This document shows, in pieces, positions 59,483 through 64,000 of a stretch of DNA of 64,000 bases. The position numbers were made by a program, and so were the translations under genes. The stretch comes from an uncultured Verrucomicrobiota bacterium (GTDB lineage: Bacteria; Verrucomicrobiota; Verrucomicrobiia; Limisphaerales; UBA9464): assembly GCA_903842505.1 (NCBI GenBank), contig CAIMMI010000011.1, positions 668-64,667 on the forward strand. Direction: 5' to 3'. The notes beneath the pieces are model-generated. The model had not been told where the DNA came from and made no database searches. It saw nothing but the letters and a program-made list of their open reading frames with translations. Position 1 is the stretch's first letter, and every line of letters begins with the position of its first letter.

Positions 59483-60913
59483 TCAGGACGCCACGTAGAC
59501 GTTCTTGGTTTCCGTGTATCCATCCATCGCCGCCATGCCCAGATCCCGGCCAAGACCCGACGTCTTGTACCCGCCAAACGGAGCCTCGACATGAACGCTG
59601 TTGTGGCAGTTCACGCTCAACACCCCGCTCTCGATGAGCCGGCTGACCCGCAATGCCCGCGAAAGATCCCGCGTCCACAATGAACCACTCAATCCGTAAG
59701 GCGAATCATTCACCTCCCGGATCATCGTCGCCTCGTCATCGAACGGTGTGATCGCCACCACCGGCCCGAAGATCTCTTCGCGCCAGCAACGGTCGCTGCT
59801 CCCGACATCCAGCAGCACCGTCGGCTCCAGGTAGAACCCTCGCGACTGCGGCCGACCGCCTCCAGTCGCAAACTTCGATCCCCGAGCCCGCGCATCCGCC
59901 AGGAAGGCCTCCACCGTCGTCCGCTGCGCTCCGCTCGCCATCGGCCCCAACTGCGTGCTGTCCAGAGCCGGATCCCCCACCACCAGCTTCTTGGTTGCCG
60001 CCACGAACCGCTCCACGAACCCGGCGTACACCGACCGCTCCACGAACATCCGACTCCGTGCGCAGCAGTCCTGCCCCGTGTTCGCAAACACGCTCATCGG
60101 CGACGTATCCGCCGCCTTCTCCCAGTCCGCATCCGCGAACACGACGTTCGGAGACTTGCCTCCCAACTCCAACGAGACTCGCGTCAGGTTCCGCGACGCC
60201 AGTTCCATGATCCGACGCCCAATCTCCGTCGAACCCGTGAACGACACTTTCCGGATCAGGGGATGCGTCACCAACGCATCGCCAACCGCCGATCCGCTCC
60301 CCGGCAAGATCTGCAAAACGCCCGGCGGCAGACCCGCCTTCACCGCCAATTCACCCATCTTGATCGCCGTCAGCGGCGAGATCGACGCCGGCTTCAGCAC
60401 CACCGCATTGCCCGCTGCCAGCGCCGGAGCCGCCTTCCAGGCCGCGATCGGCAGGGGGAAGTTCCACGGCACGATCGCCGCGACCACACCCATCGACTGC
60501 TTCAACGTGAAATCAAAGCCGCCCCGGCCGACCGGCAAGGTCTGCCCGCCAAACTGCGAGATCGCCCCCGCGTAGTACTCAAACACCCGCCCCGCCAACC
60601 CCGCCTCGTCCCGCGCCTCCGCAATCGGCTTGCCGACCTGCCGCCGCTCCAACTGCGCCAACTCCTCGTTGTGCTCCCGCAACACCCGCGCCACCCGATA
60701 CAGGATCTCCGCCCGCTTCCCCGGCGCCAGGTCACGCCATCCCCCCTCCCACGCCGCATGCGCCGAACGGATCGCACCGTCCACGTCCGACACGGTCGCC
60801 GCAGCGACCTCGACGAACGGTTCTTCCGTCGCCGGGTCCACCAGCGCGATCCGCCGTCCGTCCGCCGCCGCCCGATATCCACCATCCAGAAACAAATCGT
60901 TGGGAAAATTCAT
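59483..60913 (-). CDS. Aldehyde dehydrogenase (PuuC-like)
   Basis: IVPWNFP, FTGSTEIG, LELGGKSP, GQDCCA, EEIFGPV, PFGGYK.SG.GR. Confidence 0.93.
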   Translation of the reverse strand: MNFPNDLFLDGGYRAAADGRRIALVDPATEEPFVEVAAATVSDVDGAIRSAHAAWEGGWRDLAPGKRAEILYRVARVLREHNEELAQLERRQVGKPIAEARDEAGLAGRVFEYYAGAISQFGGQTLPVGRGGFDFTLKQSMGVVAAIVPWNFPLPIAAWKAAPALAAGNAVVLKPASISPLTAIKMGELAVKAGLPPGVLQILPGSGSAVGDALVTHPLIRKVSFTGSTEIGRRIMELASRNLTRVSLELGGKSPNVVFADADWEKAADTSPMSVFANTGQDCCARSRMFVERSVYAGFVERFVAATKKLVVGDPALDSTQLGPMASGAQRTTVEAFLADARARGSKFATGGGRPQSRGFYLEPTVLLDVGSSDRCWREEIFGPVVAITPFDDEATMIREVNDSPYGLSGSLWTRDLSRALRVSRLIESGVLSVNCHNSVHVEAPFGGYKTSGLGRDLGMAAMDGYTETKNVYVAS

Positions 60914-61080
60914 GGCTCAGTTCCGCGTCACTCTAGAAACCCTCACCCCCACGGGGATAGCCCAATCCCATGCCTCAAAAAGGGGGGGCAAGGGGAGTTC
61001 CCGGTCTCCTGCCAATCCGGGGAAGCCCTCGTTGCAAACCGGCATCTGCAAATCCCGGACTTTCTGCCATCCTTCTGCGC

Positions 61081-61641
61081 ATGGCGTTCATCGCACCGAA
61101 ACCGCTCCATGAATATCCGTTCTACCTCCGGTGGTTCTTCCGACGCCAGGAGCGCAAGTACGGCATGACCCTGTCCCCATCATGGCTCTGGGGTCGACTC
61201 CCGGCGCACTTCGGCGGCCTGCTCCTGCTCCTCGGGGCCTTCCAACGGAAACGATTCCCCGTCGACACCGCCCTTCGCAGCCTCGTCTCCGCGCGCATCG
61301 CCCAACTCAACGGCTGCGACTTCTGCGTCGACCTCAATTCCTACAATCTGCTCCAGGCCACCGGCTCGGTCGCCAAGGCTGAGGCCGTCGCGCAATGGCG
61401 CACCAGCAGCCTCTATTCCGAACGCGAACGCCTCGCCCTCGACTACGCCGAGACCATGACCGACACCTCCCGTCGCGTCACCCCGGCCCAGATCCAAACC
61501 CTGAGGGCACAGTTCACCGACGACGGCATCGTCGCCCTCACCGCCTGGATCGCCTTCCAGAACATGAGCGCCAAGTTCAACAGCGCCCTCGGCGCCGAAG
61601 ACAACGCCCTCTGCCAACGCCCCCGCACCGCCGGGAAGTAA
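61081..61641 (+). CDS. Carboxymuconolactone decarboxylase/AhpD family protein
   Basis: AQLNGCDFCVD, SERERLAL.YAE. Confidence 0.87.
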   Translation: MAFIAPKPLHEYPFYLRWFFRRQERKYGMTLSPSWLWGRLPAHFGGLLLLLGAFQRKRFPVDTALRSLVSARIAQLNGCDFCVDLNSYNLLQATGSVAKAEAVAQWRTSSLYSERERLALDYAETMTDTSRRVTPAQIQTLRAQFTDDGIVALTAWIAFQNMSAKFNSALGAEDNALCQRPRTAGK

Positions 61642-61689
61642 CCAACGCCGCCCACAGCCCGCCCACTTCGCGCCGTCGCGCGACCTCCC

Positions 61690-62184
61690 TCACCGCCCCG
61701 GCCCCGCCACTTCCAACTCCGCCTTTTCCCCCGCCTTCGTCGCCCACTCCAGCCGCTCCCCGGCCAACAACTCATCCGCCTGTCCAGCCCGCCTCAAAAC
61801 CACCTTCCGCCCCGGCCACGGATTCACCAGTCGACACGTCCGCCCGCGCTCGCTCTCGACCACCACCGAGCCCACCTGCCCTTCCCGAAGCTCGGCACTC
61901 ACCAGAAACGCCCCCGGCGTCCGTAACCGACCAAACGACGCCGCCCGATCCCGCGGCCACACCGGGAAGACCCGCAGCACGCCCTGATGCGCCTGCACCA
62001 GCATCTCGTTGATCGTCGCCGGCACCCCGGAGCAGTTCTCGATGCCCCCGCCCCCGGTGAAGATCATCAGATTCGGAAATCCACACGCCTCCAACTGCTC
62101 ACGCATCCGGGCCAGGATCTCCACCGGGTCGTGCCCCACCCGCACCGCCCCGGGAAACGTCATGCTGAACCCGTTGAAGTGCCC
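61690..62184 (-). pseudogene. 3' remnant of a GH95-like glycoside hydrolase gene
   Basis: GGGIEN.SG...INEMLVQ...VLRVFP.WP....FGRLRTPGAFLVSA, SERG..C.L.NPW; 5' side abuts the IS66 remnant. Confidence 0.72.
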
Positions 62185-62380
62185 GATCCATACGCGTACC
62201 TGAAAGACATACTGACGCGACTGCCCGGGATGACCAACCAGCAGATCCGGACCGTAACCCCGGCGGCCTGGGCTCAAGCCCAGGATCGGGATCAACGGGC
62301 AACGGCTGCGTAAGTGTCATCCGCCATCCATCGATCACACTTATCGCAGGTGTGAAGGAGGTGCTTCCGGTGACGCTTAC
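62185..62380 (+). mobile_element. IS66-family remnant: TnpC C-terminus and right end
   Basis: DPYAYLKDILTRLP.....I..VTPAAW, stop at 62313; terminal ...GTGACGCTTAC (IS66 ends read GTAAGCG inward). Confidence 0.85.
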
Positions 62381-62428
62381 GATCCTCCTGTAGTCGGGGG
62401 CGTTGGGGCGAATGTGCGCCCCAGATGC

Positions 62429-62480
62429 CCTTCTGGAGAAGCCCCCCGGACAAGCCGGAATGTGGGGCTTCTCCAGAAGG
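62429..62480. repeat. Perfect 17-bp inverted repeat
   Basis: CCTTCTGGAGAAGCCCC-N18-GGGGCTTCTCCAGAAGG. Confidence 0.85.
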
Positions 62481-62718
62481 CCACCCGGGGCTGGCGCCGG
62501 AACATTATCAGGGGTTTCGTTGGAGTTCGCGCAGTCCTCGCCAACCGGAGCTCGATCCACCCTGCGATCGGCCCGACGCCTGCGGCATCCGTGCTGCCGC
62601 GCACCGGCGGTCCAAAATTGGCCCCAGGGGCACCCACACAAACTCAGATTGGCGCGCATCTTGAATGCTCCTGCATGGAATCCCCAACGTATCCGTTGGT
62701 TTCGATACGGACTCACTC

Positions 62719-62899
62719 TGTAGTGCAGACGCGCCCTCTTCCCACCGCCATCTTTCTCCGTAACCTGCCCGTCCATGGGCCTTTTCCTCCGTCGAAACAT
62801 CCGCCGCAGAACAGCAAGGATCAAACCTACTGGAGCATCGTTGAAACCCAGCGCTCCCCTTCGACCAAGGCCGCCGGAGCTGCACCGCCCTCTGTCTGA
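62719..62899 (+). mobile_element. Probable IS1634-family transposase 5' fragment, frameshifted
   Basis: ATG 62775 MGLFLRRNIRR, then after a frame change NSKDQTYWSIVETQRSP, resembling IS1634 N-termini (MFLR...K.GK.H.YWS.VE..R). Confidence 0.55.
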
Positions 62900-63016
62900 A
62901 GGGCGCACCGACAACCTGAAGCCAAGTAACGGCCTGTCTTGAACTCAACCGCCGCGGACCTCACACGGGTCCGCCGGACGGTTACGACCAATCATAGTGC
63001 GCTCACGCAATAACGG

Positions 63017-63248
63017 ACCGAGAAATCACGCCTGTGGTATCGCTCGCTTCGGCGACGAAGCCACAAGCGGCGCTTGCATTGGGAGCGGATGGGTCCACTT
63101 GTCAGTTGATGGCTACCACCGGAAAACATCTGTGATCTTCGGCCTTGGGATCGTTTCGACGTCAGAACCCGAGATAAGAGCCGAGTGCGGTATCTCCGCC
63201 TGCTCGGATCTGTGGGGGGCCGGGGGCAACCCCGGTCCCTACCGCGAC
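63017..63248 (+). mobile_element. Group II intron 3' remnant (maturase C-terminus plus domains V-VI)
   Basis: RLWYRSLRRRSHKRRLHWERM....*WLPP..IC...PWDRFDVRT; DV GAGCCGAGTGCGG..CCGCCTGCTCGGATC, DVI ending CCCTACCGCGAC. Confidence 0.85.
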
Positions 63249-63347
63249 CGCCTTCGCGGAAAATCAGGCGGCTATAGGGGAATTGCCGAGGAGCATTCCG
63301 TCAATGCCCGCTTGGACGATCCCTACTTGTGGAAAGGCTCTATTCAT

Positions 63348-64000
63348 TCAAAATGCCGAAAGGGACACAATAGGGCGATCCCGGCTCTGCTTGATGGTGA
63401 CCAACAAAGTTTGAACCGTTTCCACATTGATGCGGAGGATACGCTTCCATCCAATGGTCGTGGCTGAAAACACATGGCTCCGGCCGTTCACATCCGTTGC
63501 TATAACTTCAAACTCCTCCACTCGCTGCCCCTTGGTGATGTCTTCCTGAAGCACGACATAGCGCAGATGCATCGGATTACGAAACCGGACAAGCTGCGAC
63601 GCGGTGCCGTCGGAATGGAATGCCATTGGCTGAACCGTGGCGTTCGTTGTGGCCAGCAGATTCGTACCAAAAAGGCCTCGCAAAGCATCTCCGAACTCCT
63701 TGAGGCGCTTCACATCTGGTTCAGGAATCCGTCCAGATCGGTCGGGGGCGATGTTGAGTTGAAGGCCGGCATTTCGTCCCACCGAATCCTCATAAATCCG
63801 CACCAGTTCATTGACGGATTTGATGCTCGCCTCGGTATTGGGCTGCCAGAACCAGCCCCGTCGCAGAGAGACGTCAGCGACGGCCGGATACCAGTGCAGA
63901 TACTTGGCACCCTTGAGCTTCTCTCGGCTACCCAAATCTTCGGCGGTCAAGTCTGGCCAGTCGTGCTCCAATGGGGGTTTGGGGATAGGGATAAGGCTCC
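63348..64000 (-). CDS. Alpha-L-fucosidase (GH29), C-terminal part; 5' end beyond window
   Basis: WYPA.ADVSLRRGWFW, IY..SVGRNA.LQLNI.PD..G.I...DV.RL.EFG, LQEDI.KGQRV, TIGWKRI; frame open to window edge. Confidence 0.88.
   Translation of the reverse strand, partial: SLIPIPKPPLEHDWPDLTAEDLGSREKLKGAKYLHWYPAVADVSLRRGWFWQPNTEASIKSVNELVRIYEDSVGRNAGLQLNIAPDRSGRIPEPDVKRLKEFGDALRGLFGTNLLATTNATVQPMAFHSDGTASQLVRFRNPMHLRYVVLQEDITKGQRVEEFEVIATDVNGRSHVFSATTIGWKRILRINVETVQTLLVTIKQSRDRPIVSLSAF

Noticed and set aside
63107-63109. TGA as selenocysteine or recoding
   Set aside because: It lies in a truncated maturase at a position that is probably Arg (CGA to TGA); simple decay
62997-63467. 156-aa ORF
   Set aside because: Off-frame reading through the intron remnant and antisense to the GH29 gene

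Overview
High-GC bacterial chromosomal window. Gene content and style suggest Verrucomicrobiota (inferred from the rpoZ-smpB and rplM-rpsI-argC arrangements, a prepilin-type DUF1559-like protein, and the repeat types). About 62 kb is dense housekeeping and metabolic sequence: tRNA-Ser(CGA), rpoZ, smpB, rpmB, PPi-dependent PEP carboxykinase, HU, citrate synthase-sucCD, phoBR, an AddA-like helicase-nuclease, a circularly permuted ATP-grasp/alpha-E pair, grpE-dnaJ-rsmE, argC, rplM-rpsI, moaA, rsmI, several envelope glycan enzymes and a PuuA/PuuC-like pair. The last ~2.3 kb is a scar of decayed mobile DNA between two fucosidase-like genes: an IS66 right end, a probable IS1634 5' fragment and a dead group II intron 3' end. 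No CRISPR array, rRNA or prophage was seen. No new system is proven here. The best under-described candidates are: an SPFH protein with a C-terminal HTH paired with a zinc-ribbon membrane protein; a stand-alone C-terminal-domain-like secreted protein coupled to a CxxC/His beta-barrel; an RD kinase with no Ser/Thr in its activation loop coupled to a C-N hydrolase; and a GH-A/GT2 fusion. All calls come from motif recognition by eye, and many start codons are best estimates.
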